From: Mobula hypostoma
Taxonomy: Eukaryota
Assembly (NCBI RefSeq): GCF_963921235.1
Contig: NC_086109.1
Span: forward strand, 1,614,001 to 1,678,000
DNA: 64,000 nt
Reading direction: 5' to 3'
The notes beneath the pieces were generated by a model. It was not told the origin of the DNA. It was given only the letters and a program-made list of their open reading frames with translations, and did not search any database. Made by a program: the position numbers and the translations under genes. This document shows, one piece after another, positions 14,101-27,006 of the stretch. Position 1 is the stretch's first letter; every line of letters begins with the position of its first letter.

Positions 14101-15570
14101 ACTGCAACTCATCCCAATGGCTACAAATTTGCCCCATCACCTGCCTGTCTTTCCTGACATCTTTACCGCTCACTATCTTAGACTTATTTCTGTTTTCCCC
14201 TTCCTCCGCTCTGTCATTCCGGTTCCCATACCCCTGCCAAATTAGTTTAAACCCTCCCTAACAGCCCTATTGAACTTTCCCGCCAGGATATTGGTCCCCT
14301 TCGGGTTCAGGTGTGACCTGTCCTTTTTGAACAGGTCATACTTCCCCCAGAAGAGATCCCAATTATCCAAGAATCTGAAGCCCTGCTCCCTGCACCAGTC
14401 TCTCAGCCACGCATTCATCTGCCTGATCCTACTACTCTTGCCCTCGCTAGCACGTGGCATAGGTAGCAATCCCGAGATTACTACCCTGGAGGTCCTGCTT
14501 CTCAGCTTCCTTCCTAACTCCCAGAAATCTCTCCTCAGGACCTCCTCCTTTGTCCTATCTACGTCATTGGTACCAACATGTACCAAGACAACCGGCTGCT
14601 CACCCTCCCCCTTCAGAATATTCTGGACCCGATCCGAGACATCCCATACCCTAGCACCTGGGAGACAACACACCATGCGGGTATCCCTATCAGGCTCACA
14701 GAATCTCCTGTCCGTTCCCCTGACTATGGAATCCCCTACGTCTACCGCATTCCTCTTCTCCCTCCCTCTCTCCTGCACAACAGCGCCAGGCTCAGTGCCA
14801 GAGATCCAGTCACCGTGGGCATCCCCTGTCAGGTCATCCCCCTCAACAGCATCCACAAGAAGATATTTTTTGCTGAGGGGAACAGCCACTCTCCACTATC
14901 CGGGCATTTCCCTTCCCTCTCTAGACAGTGACCCAGTTTTCTGACCCCTGTAGCCTAGGGATGACTACCTCCCTGTAGCTCCTGTCTATACCCTCTTCAC
15001 TTTCCCTGATAAGCAGTAGGTCATCAAGCTGCAGCTCCAGATCCCTAACACGGTCTCTGAGGAGCTGCATCTCGGTGCACCTGGTGCAGATGTGGCCATC
15101 AGGGAGGCTGGAGGTCTCCCAGGATTTCCACATCTGACACCCTGAACAAAGCACTAACCCTGCAAGCATGCTATCTAATTCTACAGGAATGAAACAGGCA
15201 AAATAAGTCTACTCACCCACTTACCTCCCAAACAGATGAACTTTTCAAACCATTAGCTCGTACCGTTAGCTGTGAGAGCCTTGCTGTTCCTGTCTGTCCG
15301 GTCCGATTCACGAAAAGTGGAGGGGGGGGGGGAGAAAAAAAGAGTTGGTGCTTCGCTCTCACCTCTTCCCGTTTACCGCCAAAGCCCATTGAAACCAAAG
15401 CCCTACACTCTGCTACCGCTCACTCCGCTGCCTACTGTATAGGGTGGTCTCCTTTTTAAACTCTCCGCGCTGTCCTGTTGACGTCACGCGCCTGCGCAGT
15501 CTCGTCCTTCTTGCACTCGAAGAAGTTTTTAAAAAAACTGCCTTCCTTCAGAATTCAGCTTCCACGACAC
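11171..15570 (-). mobile_element. Near full-length CR1 LINE with disrupted ORFs (ORF1 zinc finger + SGNH esterase; ORF2 APE endonuclease + RT)
   Basis: ORF 14921-15169 (CxxC...HxCxxC); ORF 14242-14889 (VGDSIVR, VHVGTND, HLN esterase motifs); ORF 13100-14173 (YLNARS, ITETWL, GDFN, SDH); ORFs 12224-12964, 11837-12166, 11469-11705 (KSPGPDG, YLDFQKAFDKV, KFADD); stops and frameshifts between them. Confidence 0.95.
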
Positions 15571-15761
15571 TCTGTAGTCCCGATCCAATTTCATCATCCC
15601 TCCCCCAGCCACTTACATTTCCCCCTCATCTGGACTCACTTGTGACCTGTCAGCTTGTACTTCTCCCCCATCCCCACATTTTTATTCAGGTTTATGCCCC
15701 CTTCCTTTCCAGTGCTGATGAATGGGCTCAGTCTGAAACGTTAACTCCATAGATGCTGCCT

Positions 15762-16102
15762 TACGGGTGGCGAGGTGGAGATACATCTCTACCAAAAGAG
15801 GTGTGAGGTGCTTCTTCCCTCCGCTAGCCTGCAGGTCATCCTTGGGCAAAGTGTAGCATCTGCTTGGACCCCGATCACAGTCATGTGAAGCTATAGGAGC
15901 ACCTGGTGCAAACCACAAGTCCTGGTTATACAACCACTGATGCCAGAGAGACAATCCCTTAACAATATTGTTAATTGCTGGGGTCACCCATCCAGAAGGC
16001 AATGGCAAACCTCTTCTGTAGAAAACATTGCCAAGAACAGTAATGGTCATGGAAAGACCATGATCGCCCAAGTCATTCAACACGACACATAAAGAATAAA
16101 TG
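15762..16102 (+). mobile_element. SINE-like insertion with RTE-type motif and 11-bp target-site duplication
   Basis: Flanked by AGATGCTGCCT at 15751-15761 and 16103-16113; contains gaaggcaatggcaaacc...tgccaagaa resembling the RTE/BovB-associated SINE motif. Confidence 0.7.
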
Positions 16103-16609
16103 AGATGCTGCCTGACCTACTGAGTTCCTCCAGCATTTTACTGTGTGCATGTGTTGCCTAGCTTCTTTCCCTAAGATTAGATTCAGCATTGCCCCTCAAG
16201 CTTTCTTGGATGTACTTTTCAAAATTCTGTACCCTCCAGACTCCTCATTCTGAGGCTATTCCAGGAATAATGAGAAAGTTGAATCCCTCTAATCACTTTC
16301 TCCTCTCTACTTTTTGCCTACGTATCTGCTTCTCAATGTCCTGTTGTTTGTTGTGAAGTCTGAAGTATAACTCCAATGCAGTGATTGCCGCCTTTTAGCC
16401 TATCATACAGTGTTTCCCCAAAGGCATTCTCCTTCACTGATTCAGTGACAGTTTCCTTAATTAATAAATAACGTCCCCTTGTTTTCACATTCCACTACCG
16501 AACCGTGATTGAAAATTCTCTGCCCTGGAAACCTGAGTTGCCAGTCCTGGCCTTCCTTCAACCACATCTCTGTGGTGGTAACAATATCATATATCCATGC
16601 AGTGAGCAA

Positions 16610-17720
16610 TACTCTTGTGTTCATCTCCTTCTTCAAAGAGAGGGGCTTCCCTTCCTCCACCATCAACACTGCCCTCACCCACATTTCATGCATGTCTGCT
16701 CATCCTATCCAAAAGGGACAAAGTTCCTTTTGTCCTCACCTACCACCCCACTAGCCTCTGCATCCATCACATAATTCTCTGTAACTTCTGCCATTTCCAG
16801 TGGGATCCCACCACCAGGCACATCTTTCCTTCCCCCTCCCCCACCCCCCACTTTATGCTTTCCTCGGGGATCGCTCCCTACACAACTCCCTTGTCTACTC
16901 CTCCTTCTCCACTGATCTCCCTCCTGGTACTTATCCTTGCAAATGGAGTAAGTGCCACACCTGGCCTTACTCCTCCTCCCTCACTACCGTTCAGGGCCCC
17001 AAACTGTCCTTCCAGGTGAGGCAATACTTCACCTGTGAGTCTGTTGGGGTCATCTACTGCATCCAAGTGCTTCTCATGTGGCATCCTGTATATCAGTGAG
17101 ACCCAACATAGATTCAGTAACCACTTCGCCAAGCTTGTCCACCAGTAAAAGCGGGATCTCCCAGTACCTAATCATTTTGATTCCACTTTCCATTCCCATT
17201 CCAACATATTAGTCTATGGCCTTCACTACTGCTATGACGAGACCACTCTCAGGTTGGAGCAGAAACACCTTATATCCTGTTCTGGGTAGCCTCAAAGCTG
17301 ATAGCATGAACACCAATTTATTGAACTTCTGGCAATTGCCCTGTTCCTCTCCTTCACCATTCCCCATTCCTATTTCTCACTCTCACCTTATCTCATTACC
17401 TGCCTATCACCTCCCTCTGGTGCTCCTCTTCCTTCCCTTTCTTCCATGGTCTTCTATCCTCTCCTATATGCTTCCTCCTTCTCCAGCCATTTATCTCTTT
17501 CATGAAACAGCTTCCCAGCTCATTACTTCAACCCCTCCCCTCTCCTGGTACTACCACTTTGTACTTCTTCCCCCCCCCCCCCCCCGCCGCCCCAGTTTCT
17601 TTCCCTGACTTCTTTTTCCTTCCAGTCCCTATGAAGGGTCTTGGCCCAAAACATTGACTGTTAACTCTTTTGCATAGATGCTGCCTGGCCTGCTGAGTTC
17701 TTCTAGCATTTTGTGTTGCC
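16610..17720 (+). mobile_element. Penelope-like retroelement 3' part, degraded
   Basis: FFKERGFP, KVPFVLTYHP, FTCESVGVIYCIQ (GIY-YIG remnant), pyrimidine tract and degenerate hammerhead tail at ~17622-17660. Confidence 0.85.
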
Positions 17721-18188
17721 TGACCAGTAAACTCCTTACGTTAAAATGTATGCAATTCAGCCTTACATGTACCTATCATGTCCATATCTGCTGTTCTTAA
17801 TGAATTAACTTATCCTTCTACATTTGTATCTCTCTGCCAACTGTTTATCCACTCTGTGTCCCATCTCCCTGCCTCTTAGCTTAACCCCTTGCCAACAGCA
17901 CGGGCCTATCTTCAATTTATTCTAGTTCATCTGCAACAATCTTGAGAGGGGTTGAACAGACTTCTGTAGCTGAATCACCTGAAGACATGCATTTAATCTA
18001 TAGGCTGGGGTACTCTAATGTCATGTGGCCCACTGTGGACCCCTCATTCTGTAACCGTGGGACTCTTCACTACCCCTCAAACTATGGGATGCCACATGTT
18101 CCAGTCCCACTTGGTCCATTGCTTCCACTGATGTCAGCCACAAAATAAAGAGTCATCGGTCCATTAAGCATTCAATATTTGTGAGAAT

Positions 18189-18194
18189 TTTATT
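18189..18194 (-). terminator. Candidate poly(A) signal AATAAA for terminal exon T2
   Basis: tttatt on + strand, ~330 nt downstream of the T2 stop. Confidence 0.55.
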
Positions 18195-18522
18195 GGAAAG
18201 TTTAAGGTGTCTCCATCTGTCACACAGACAGTCCTAGGTCTTCCCCCAAATGGTGCCTGATCTGGCACACTAGCATTCTTCTCCACCCAAACCAGAGGGC
18301 AAATACCTTAAGGCAGTTTCACCTTCTCTGTCAACAACCACCACCCTAGACGATGATTGACTCTTCCCCTTTTGTCCAAGTTGACTGGAAGAACAGGCAG
18401 GCAGAATTTCAACTCTGTAGGGGTTTGGGGAAGTAACCACACCCAGCTGCCCAGATCCATGCCTTCCTGATGGGAAGAGCTCCAGTCCTTGAGGTGAATG
18501 TAAGATCCTCAACTGCAGGAGA

Positions 18523-18557
18523 TTATTGGTCAGGATCATGGTTCAGACTGGGACATC
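18523..18557 (-). CDS. Gene A candidate terminal exon T2, coding (G)CPSLNHDPDQ* if phase 1
   Basis: Acceptor ttctcatcttgccacag|GATGTCCCAGTCTGAAC; homologous to T1 at 24514 including intron flank and 3'UTR; downstream AATAAA. Confidence 0.55.
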
Positions 18558-18794
18558 CTGTGGCAAGATGAGAAGGCAGGAATTGGCAAACAGTTTCCCA
18601 CAGATGCAAATACCAAATCACCCAGAGAGAGTCCATGAGGAGAGAAGAGTGTGGGATGTGGAAAGGGATAAGTAGGTGGGCAGAATGAGTAAAATGGGAG
18701 AGTGTCTGGGGGCTCTAGAAGACTCAGTGGGTGGGGAAACTCTGATGGGGGAAGAGTGTGTGCAGGATTTGGTGTGTCATGTAAACAGAGCATG

Positions 18795-19435
18795 AGAGGT
18801 TGCAGCCTCTATTTGAGCCTGTGCACCTTTGTCACCATCTGAGATTCTGCCAACAACAAATGCATAGATGGTGTTTCAGCTGTGCCTAAACACATAATTA
18901 TGTGCGTAGAGAGAGTAGAGCAGCGGGCTAAGCACACATCCTTTAGATTTGCTGAGGTGGAGATATTATTTCATGTCTGCGTTGACTGTTGTTTCCAGAT
19001 GAATAAGTCAAGAATCCAGTTGCAGAGGGAGGTACAGTGGCCCATGTATTGAGCTTGTTGATCAGTACTGAGGAGTTGATGGTGTTACATATGGAACTGG
19101 AATCAATACAACAGTACTGGTGTTGTCCAGGTGGTCCAAGGTCCAGTGGAGACCCAGCGAGATTGAACCCATTATATACCTATTGTTGCGGTAGGGAAAT
19201 TGCAGTGGGTCCAGGTCCTTGTTTAGGCAGGAGTTAATCTGACCCATGATCAAACTCTGCAAGTACTTCATCACAATAATGTGAGTACAACTGTGCGATA
19301 GTTGTTCAGACAGCTCACCCTGCTCCCTTGGGCCCCTGTCCTTTTGAAGCAGTGCGAACCTACAACTACAGAAGTGAGAAATTGTAAATGTCCTTGAACA
19401 CTCCCGCCAGTTGGTTGGCACAGGTTTCCCCTATC
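18795..19435 (-). mobile_element. Rex1/Babar-type LINE RT fragment, degraded
   Basis: NNYRTVVLT and DLDPLQFPYRNNR...SISLGLHWTLDHLD in ORFs 19271-19561 and 19062-19421. Confidence 0.75.
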
Positions 19436-20014
19436 AGGTACACAGGACTTGATGTCCTTGTGAGGTAAACCCACCAATGTAATCATCCTTTTCTTTATTT
19501 CGAAGAACCTTCCAGGATTTTCCCTCATTACTGCTGTGAAGGCATCCCTGATCAATAACACAATGCTGCCTCTCTTTTACATTCACCACTATAAGACTGA
19601 AATGTATTTATATACTCTGAAATGTTGTGCTGTCGGCCCTGTCCCACTTTCAACTGGATTTCATTGCAACAGTTCCCATATGGAAATATATGAGACTACA
19701 GATGACAGAATCTGGAGCAAGATTCCAGCATTGGTGGCTTTCGTGTTCTGCTTATCAACATCTAATCAGTCTCCACCTTCACCTCAACTACACACACCTC
19801 CCACCATCTGCCTTTCCATTTTAAAAAATCTCTTCCTCCATTTATCATCCATTGCCTCTAACTCCCAACTTTACACCTCCCCTTCCCACCTGGCTCAACC
19901 TATGTTGACAGCATTTACCCTTCCTCAGTCCCCTAACCACCTCAGATTCCTGTTCTCCATTTCCCCCTCCACTGAGTCCAGAAGCATGATTTTTACCCAA
20001 ATCATCAACAATTA

Positions 20015-20518
20015 CAAGGGGTGATTGATAAGTTTGTGGCCTAAGGTAGGCATCAATTTTAGAAAACTGAGCACATTTATTTTTCAACATAGTCCCCTCC
20101 TACATTTATACACTTAGTCCAGCAGCTGTGGAGCATACGGATCCCTTCTTTGTAGAAGTCAGCAGCTTGGACCTACAGAAAGTGGTCCACAGCAGGGGTG
20201 ATTGGTAAGGTGGAAGGAGATGAGTTATACAGCTCTCGTTACATGCACATACAGTTCAACTCTTTGAGTGATTATGCAGAAAGTTTGCAGTTTCTCCTCA
20301 TCTCCTTCTACCTTAGGCCACAAACTTATCAATCACCCTTGCTGTGGACCACTTCTGGAGGTCTGAGACGCCGACTTCTACAAAGGAGGGATCCGTATGC
20401 TCCACGACCGCTGGACTAAGTGTGTAAATGTAGGAGGGGACTATGTTGAAAAATAAATTTGCTAGGTTTTCTAAAATGGACTCCTACCTTAGGCCACAAA
20501 CTTATCAATCACCCCTCG
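20015..20518. mobile_element. Palindromic mariner-derived MITE with TA target-site duplication
   Basis: TA-c(a/g)aggggtgattgataagtttgtggcctaaggtag TIRs at both ends; ~180-bp inverted arms; right arm translates ADFYKGGIRMLHDRWTKCVNVGGDYVEK*, a mariner transposase C-terminus. Confidence 0.9.
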
Positions 20519-20843
20519 TACCTGCTCCCCCTTTCCCTCCAAACGATGCTGCACAACCTACTGATTCCTTGGCAGATAGTTTACTGCTTCATATTCTGAT
20601 ATGATCATTCCAGTTTTGTAACAGGTATGAAATCCTCAGTGTTTACAACACAGGTTTGTAGAGAAAAAACCAACATGAACCACAAATTCCATCTGGCTAT
20701 TACTGTCTCATGCAGCCTAACTACAGGCTCAGATCAGGCAAGGACTGATCAGGGTGAGTGCACTGTTATCCAGTGAGCTTCACACAAGCTTTCCTCAAAT
20801 CTTTAGATCGGCTGTGAATGTAGCAGGGTCTCGTGGCTCTTCA

Positions 20844-22428
20844 CAGTGTACTATAAAAAGTATTTACCCCCCCTTGCAAGTTTTAATGTTTTATTGTTTT
20901 ACAACATTGAGTCACAGTGGGGATTTAATTTGGCTTTTTTGACACTGATCAACAGAAAAAAAGACTCATGTCAAAGTGAAAACAGATTTCTACAAAATGA
21001 TGTAAATTAATTACAAATATAAAACACAAAATAATAGATTGCATAAATATTCAACCCCCACTATAATATGACTCACCAATTCATCACTTGGTGTTAGCAT
21101 TTATATAACCAGTTAAATGGAAATCTGTTTCTCGAGTCCTGTGTGCAGTCAAGGTGTTTCAACTGATTGTAGTAAAAATACACCTGTATTTGGAAACTCG
21201 AACTGCTGGGGAGTCAGTATCCTGGCAAAAACTACATAATGAAGCCAAAAGAACACTCTAACTTTAAACTCCGCAAAAAGGTTAGGAGATAGATGCAAGA
21301 ACATTTCCAAGTTACTGAATATCCCTTGGAGGACAGTTAAGTCAATCATTAAGTAATGGACAGAATATGGCACAGCTGTAAATTTCCCTAGAGTAGGCCA
21401 TGCAAGAAGGGGACTAGTGAGGAAGGACACAAAGTGATCTATGACAACTCTGGAGGAGTTCAAAGCTTCAGTGCTGAGATGAGAAAGAGTGCACATACAT
21501 TAACTGCTGCCCAAGTACTTGACCAGTCACAGCTTTATAGGAGAATGGCAAAGAGAAAGCCACTGTTGGAAAAAACACACACAAAATCTAGGCTAGAGTT
21601 TGCCAGAAGGCATGTGGGAGGCTATGAAGTCAGCTAGAAGGAGGTTCTAAGGTCTGATGAAACCAAAATTGAGCATTTTAGCTATCAGACTGAATGCTAT
21701 GCTTGGCGTAAGCCAAACACTACATATAATCAAAAACACACCATCCCTACTGTGAAGCATGGTGGTGGCTGCATCACGCTGTGGGGATGCTTCACTGCAG
21801 CAGGCCCTGGAAGGCTTGTGAAGGTAGAGGGTAAAATGAAAGCAGCAAAGTACAGGGAAATCCTGATGCAGTATGCAAGAGAACTGTGACTTGGGAGAAC
21901 ATTTGTTTTCCTGCAAGATATTGACCCCAAGCATACAGCCAAAGCTACACACGAATGATTTAAAAAACTACAAATTTAACGTCGTAGAATGGCCAAGTCA
22001 GAGTCCAGACCTCAATCCAATTGAGAATTTGTGGCTGGACTTAAAAAGGGCTGTTTACTCATGATCCCCATGCAATCTGACAGAGATTGAACAGTTTTGT
22101 AAAGAAGAATGGGGAAAAATTGCAGTATCCAGATGTGCAAAGCTGATAGAGACCTATCCACACAGACTCAAGGCTGTAATTGCCGCCAAAGGTGCAACTA
22201 CTAAATACTGACTTAAAGCAGGTGAATACTTATGCAATAAATTATTTTGTGTTTTATATTTGTAATTGATTTAGATCACTTACGTAGAGATCTATTGTCA
22301 CTTTGACACAAAAGTGTCTTTTTCTGTTGATCTGAGTAATTAAAAGTAAATCCACTGTGATTCAATGTTGTAAAACAATAAAACATGAAAACTTCTGGGG
22401 GGGGTGTGAACACTTTTTGTAGGCAATG
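20844..22428 (+). mobile_element. Tc1 DNA transposon with decayed transposase
   Basis: ~200-bp imperfect TIRs (cagtgtactataaaaagtatttacccccc ... ggggggtgtgaacactttttgtaggcaatg-TA); motifs [34 protein letters not shown]. Confidence 0.92.
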
Positions 22429-22509
22429 TAATTCTGATCTATAGTAGGACACTTTGCACTAAGACGACACAGAGCACTGGATTATTCTGATCTAGAACAC
22501 TATTCTGAT

Positions 22510-22720
22510 CTAGGTTTTTTACTCAGCAAGTGGTTGGTGCATGGAATGCACTGCCTGAGTCAGTGGTGGAGGCAGATACACTAGTGAAGTTTAAGAGACT
22601 ACTGGACAGGTATATGGAGGAATTTAAGGTGGGGGCTTATATGGGAGGCAGGGTTTGAGGGTCGGCACAACATTGTGGGCCGAAGGGCCTGTACTGTGCT
22701 GTACTGTTCTATGTTCTATA
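22510..22720 (+). mobile_element. CR1 3' end fragment
   Basis: Nearly identical to the reverse complement of 57150-57360; (ttctatg)n tail. Confidence 0.85.
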
Positions 22721-22974
22721 GAACACGGGTCACAAGGCATGTCAGCACTATGATTGTGATGAGCACGTCATGAGAAAAAGTGGGTCATTGATCTAGAAGA
22801 TCAATGATACAACTGATCTAGGACACTAGATTTCAGCATGCAGGATCCTGAGCCATTTCCAGTGTTCCAGGTGTGGCTCAATCTAGATTTTCTAAAGTTG
22901 TATCATATTTTCTCCTATATTTATATTCTATGCCCCATCTAGATCCATGAATACTGGTTTGCTTAATGTTCTTA

Positions 22975-23312
22975 AAGCCAAGCATATAGGAACTGGTGAT
23001 GCATCCTTTTGCTCTTATGCACCAAAAATCTGGAATGCTCTACTGGCTGAGATATGCCAGGCTATTACTGTGAAATGTTTCAAAGCACTTCTAAAACCCT
23101 AGCATTTAATTTGCCCTACTTATAGGATTACTAAATGCCTGTTGATGTTGATCATATTTATTGGTATATTTGATTACATTTTATTTTATATAATGCTTGT
23201 GTTTACTTATGCTTTTGTCTCATATTTTTATGACTATATTGATTTACGTAAAGCACTTTGAGCCTGCATCTCAGTGTATGAAAGGTGCTACTTAAATAAA
23301 GTTATTATTATT
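22975..23312 (+). mobile_element. L2-type LINE 3' end
   Basis: GDASFCSYAPKIWNAL remnant; gtaaagcactttgag...tgaaaggtgcta...aataaagttattattatt tail. Confidence 0.7.
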
Positions 23313-24057
23313 TAATTAGCTTAGAGGGTGATAGGTAATCAGGGAGTCAAAGGTCATGGGAGAAAACAGGAGAATGGGGTTGACAGGGATGATACATCAG
23401 CCATGATGGAGTGGCAGAGAAAACTTGAAGGAGCCGAATTAGGCAAGTAGGCCCAATGTCTTATGGTCTTATGATCTGGATAGAGTAAATAGGGGAACTC
23501 TTTCCTAAAATATAAGTGCAAAGATTTGGGGAAGGATTTGAGAAGAAAGGAAGGCAGGAGTTTTTCCTTGATATTTCCCTGATGTTTCTCCCCATATTTA
23601 ACTGTACTTGGAGTTTGAAGACAAGGAGGAAAGTAGGTTCAGGTTCAGTAGATACATCTCAACCGGTGTAGAGATAACATAACATACATTTTCTCTATGC
23701 AGGAAAGGGGGGTATCTTTATCTGCTGGGACTGTTAGTTTGCCTCATCACTTTTCACAGCAATTCACTCCCCACTTTCTATCCCAGATGGCTAGGCATGG
23801 GTCACACAATCTTGGTCAAGTAAGTTTGCTTATATAAAAAGCATCTATGTTGGCTGCCAGGAGCAGGGGAGAGAAGTGATGACTGCAATGTGGACAGACC
23901 ATGGTCATGAATGGGGATAGGAAGCTAGAGGCAGTACAGGCAAAGTACACCAAATCAGAAATTTAATCGGGGTGAACCAAGTCCTTGTAAACTCTTAAGT
24001 CCCCATTGCCTAAAATGAAGAGCAGCTGGTCTCGGAAATAACATTATCTGTTAGTGT

Positions 24058-24063
24058 TTTATT
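24058..24063 (-). terminator. Candidate poly(A) signal AATAAA for terminal exon T1
   Basis: tttatt on + strand, ~330 nt downstream of the T1 stop. Confidence 0.55.
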
Positions 24064-24389
24064 TGAATCCTTCCTCCATCCCAATCCAGAAACCCTACCC
24101 ACATCCACACCCACCCCCGACTAACCGAACAATGACTGCAGTGAGAACATGGACTTTGTCCTGTCTCTCCCATCCTCTCCCAGAGGGTAAATGCTGGAGA
24201 GGTTTCACCTCCTCTCTCAATCACCGCAACCCCTGACCGGGGGTGGGGGGGGTGGTATCTCATCCAGGTCAGTGGAAGAGCAGATAGGCAGAGTTTCAAC
24301 TCTGGAAGAAAGGAACTCCACTTCCCCACACTCTATGGCGTCAGGGCAACCAGCAGCAGAATACATCAAGTGTGATTCCAGGTCCAGTG

Positions 24390-24514
24390 TCACCAGTGGC
24401 TGATCGGGTCCGCACCTTGCTGATGGAAAGAGTTCCAGTCCCAGAGCTGAAGGACAGACTCACAAATGTCAACTGGAAATTGTTGGTCAGGATCGTGGCT
24501 CAGACTGCAATATC
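24390..24514 (-). CDS. Gene A candidate terminal exon T1, coding (G)YCSLSHDPDQQFPVDICESVLQLWDWNSFHQQGADPISHW* if phase 1
   Basis: Acceptor ttgccttcgcttcttccacag|GATATTGCAGTCTGAGC; paralogous to T2; no hydrophobic stretch; downstream AATAAA. Confidence 0.55.
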
Positions 24515-25177
24515 CTGTGGAAGAAGCGAAGGCAAGAACTGGCAAATGGTCTCCCGAAGAGGCAAATGACATTACACCCAGATGAATCCATGATTAGAGA
24601 AGCATATTTAAGGGCAATAGGCAGAGATGTATTGTGGGGGGGGGGGAATTGGGGAAAAGTGTGCACTGTAGAAGGGGATGCAGCTTAAGGAGTTAACGAT
24701 GGAGTAGGCTGTGCATGGACTGTGAGAAATTCAGTAGATGGGGAACGTCTGCCATAGGGCAGAGTACCTGTGGGTTCAGGGAGTTTCATGAACAGGAAGA
24801 GTTGGCGGGCTGTCAGACATTCAGTGATTGTGTTTTCAGCTGATATTTGATGAGGAGATCGTTACCTTTTATCTCACTTGGTTATTAGAGGGAGCACTTC
24901 AACAACATCAGGCCAAGAAGCAGGGGGAGTGGTGATCGAACCATCCGTGATGAGGAGGCTGTAGAGCAAAGCATATTCTTTGATAGTGATCAATGAAAAG
25001 GTAGGGCACATTTGAGGTAGGATAGAGAGAGAGAGGAATTTTGAAGGGTCAAAGTTTCAAAGAGGATAGTGTAGTTTAGAGGGAGGGATGGCTGTTAGAT
25101 AGGGTAGAGAGTGTGATTTTGAAATGGGGAATATGGGGTGGGGTTAGGCCTGACATGAGGAGAAGGGTGGGTGTGGG

Positions 25178-25630
25178 GTCAGGTCTGAGGCAGGGAGAGG
25201 GTTGGGTGGTCAGAGATACAGGTCTGAGGCAGGGAGAGGATTGGGTGGTCAGAGATACAGGTCTGAGGCAGGGAGAGGGTTGGGTGGTCAGAGATACAGG
25301 TCTGAGGTGGGGAGAGGACTGGGTGGTCAGAGATACAGGTCTGAGGCAGGGAGAGGATTGGGTGGTCAGAGATACAGGTCTGAGGTGAGGAGAGGACTGG
25401 GTGGTCAGAGATACAGGTCTGAGGCAGGGAGAGGATTGGGTGGTCAGTGATACAGGTCTGAGGCAGGGAGAGGATTGGGTGGTCAGAGATACAGGTCTGA
25501 GGCAGGGAGAGGATTGGGTGGTCAGAGATACAGGTCTGAGGTGGGGAGAGGACTGGGTAGACAGAGATACAGGTCTGAGGCAGGGAGAAGGTTGGGTGGT
25601 CAGAGGGACAAGTCTGAGGTGGGGAGAAGG
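25178..25630. repeat. 39-bp minisatellite (caggtctgaggcagggagaggattgggtggtcagagata), ~11 copies
   Basis: Direct tandem repetition in the V2-T1 intron. Confidence 0.95.
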
Positions 25631-26386
25631 GTGGTTGGGGGGAGGGTGTTGTGTCTGAGGCGGGAAGAAGATGGGGTGGGCAGAGGGACGCCTGAGGCAG
25701 GGAGAGGAGTAAGTGGACCGGGACAGGCATGAGTTAGGGAGGAGTGGAGGAGGTATGTTTAAGTTGGGGAGAGGGTTGGGTGGGGAGGAGCTCTTGTAGA
25801 TAGAGAAATGTGGGAGGAAACTGTGGAGTACTCAGCTACGTGAGGGTAGATATGGGGTTGAGGTGATGAAGAAGCTGAGAAGCAGAGAGTTGAGGATGGG
25901 TGGGATGGAAATGAGGAGAGGGGATGGACAGTAGGGACACTGGTGCAGGGATGAAGGACAAATTGAGCAGAGATGGAAGAAAGGCCAATTTGGTCAATTC
26001 ATGGAAAGATGAGTGGGGTGGATTGGTGGGGAATGGGGTTTGTGGAAGCTCATCAAGTAATTAGGAAGTGAACATGTGAAGAGAGGCAGAAATGCAGAGC
26101 TAGCGGGAAGCTGGACAGAGGAGCAGAGGAAGAATGAGTGGGATGCAAGGACATATGTGGAATAGTAAGGAGAAAGGTATCACCTGGAGTAATGAAAAGA
26201 GTGCTTAGAATAGATTAAAGGTACGGTTTGGAGGGAGAGCTGGACAAAGGGAAGAATATAGGCAGGATAGTAATGCAGGAGCTGGAGTATGGGTCAGGAT
26301 AGATGAATGTGACAGGAATGAGGGAGCAGATGTGGATTAGAACAGTAAATGCAGGTAAGAAGTAGAGCAATTTGGCACAGTAAGAG

Positions 26387-27006
26387 ATGAAGTATAAGAG
26401 CAAAGAGGTCCTTCTGCAGCTGTACAGGGCCCTGGTGAGACCACACCTGGAGTACTGTGTGCAGTTTTGGTTTCCAAATTTGAGGAAGGACATTCTTGCT
26501 ATTGAGGGAGTGCAGCGTAAGTTCTCAAGGTTAATTCCCGGGATGGTGGGACTGTCATATGTCGAAAGATTGGAGCGACTGGGCTTGTATACTCTGGAAT
26601 TTAGAAGGCTAAGAGGGGATCTTATTGAAATATATAAGATTATTAAGGGATTGGACACACTGGAGGCAGGAAGCATGTTCCCGCTCATGGGTGAGTCCAG
26701 AACCAGAGGCCACAGTTTAAGAATTAGTGGTAGGCCATTTAGAATGGAGTTGAGGAAAAACTTTTTCACCCAGAGAGTAGTGGATATATGGAATGCTCTG
26801 CCCCGGAAGGCTGTGGAGGCCAAGTCTCTGGATGCTTTCAAGAAAGAGATGGATAGAGCTCTTAAAGATAGTGGAATCAAAGGTTATGGGGATAAGGCAG
26901 GAACTGGATACTGATAGTGGATGATCAGCCATGATCACAGTGAATGGTGGTGCTGGCTTGAAGGGCCAAGTGGCCTACTCCTGCGCCTATTGTCTGTTGT
27001 CTATTG
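26387..27006 (+). mobile_element. 5'-truncated CR1 LINE (ORF2 C-terminus + 3'UTR)
   Basis: LYRALVRPHLEYCVQFW...FFTQRVVDIWNALP; tail tattgtctgttgtctattg. Confidence 0.93.
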
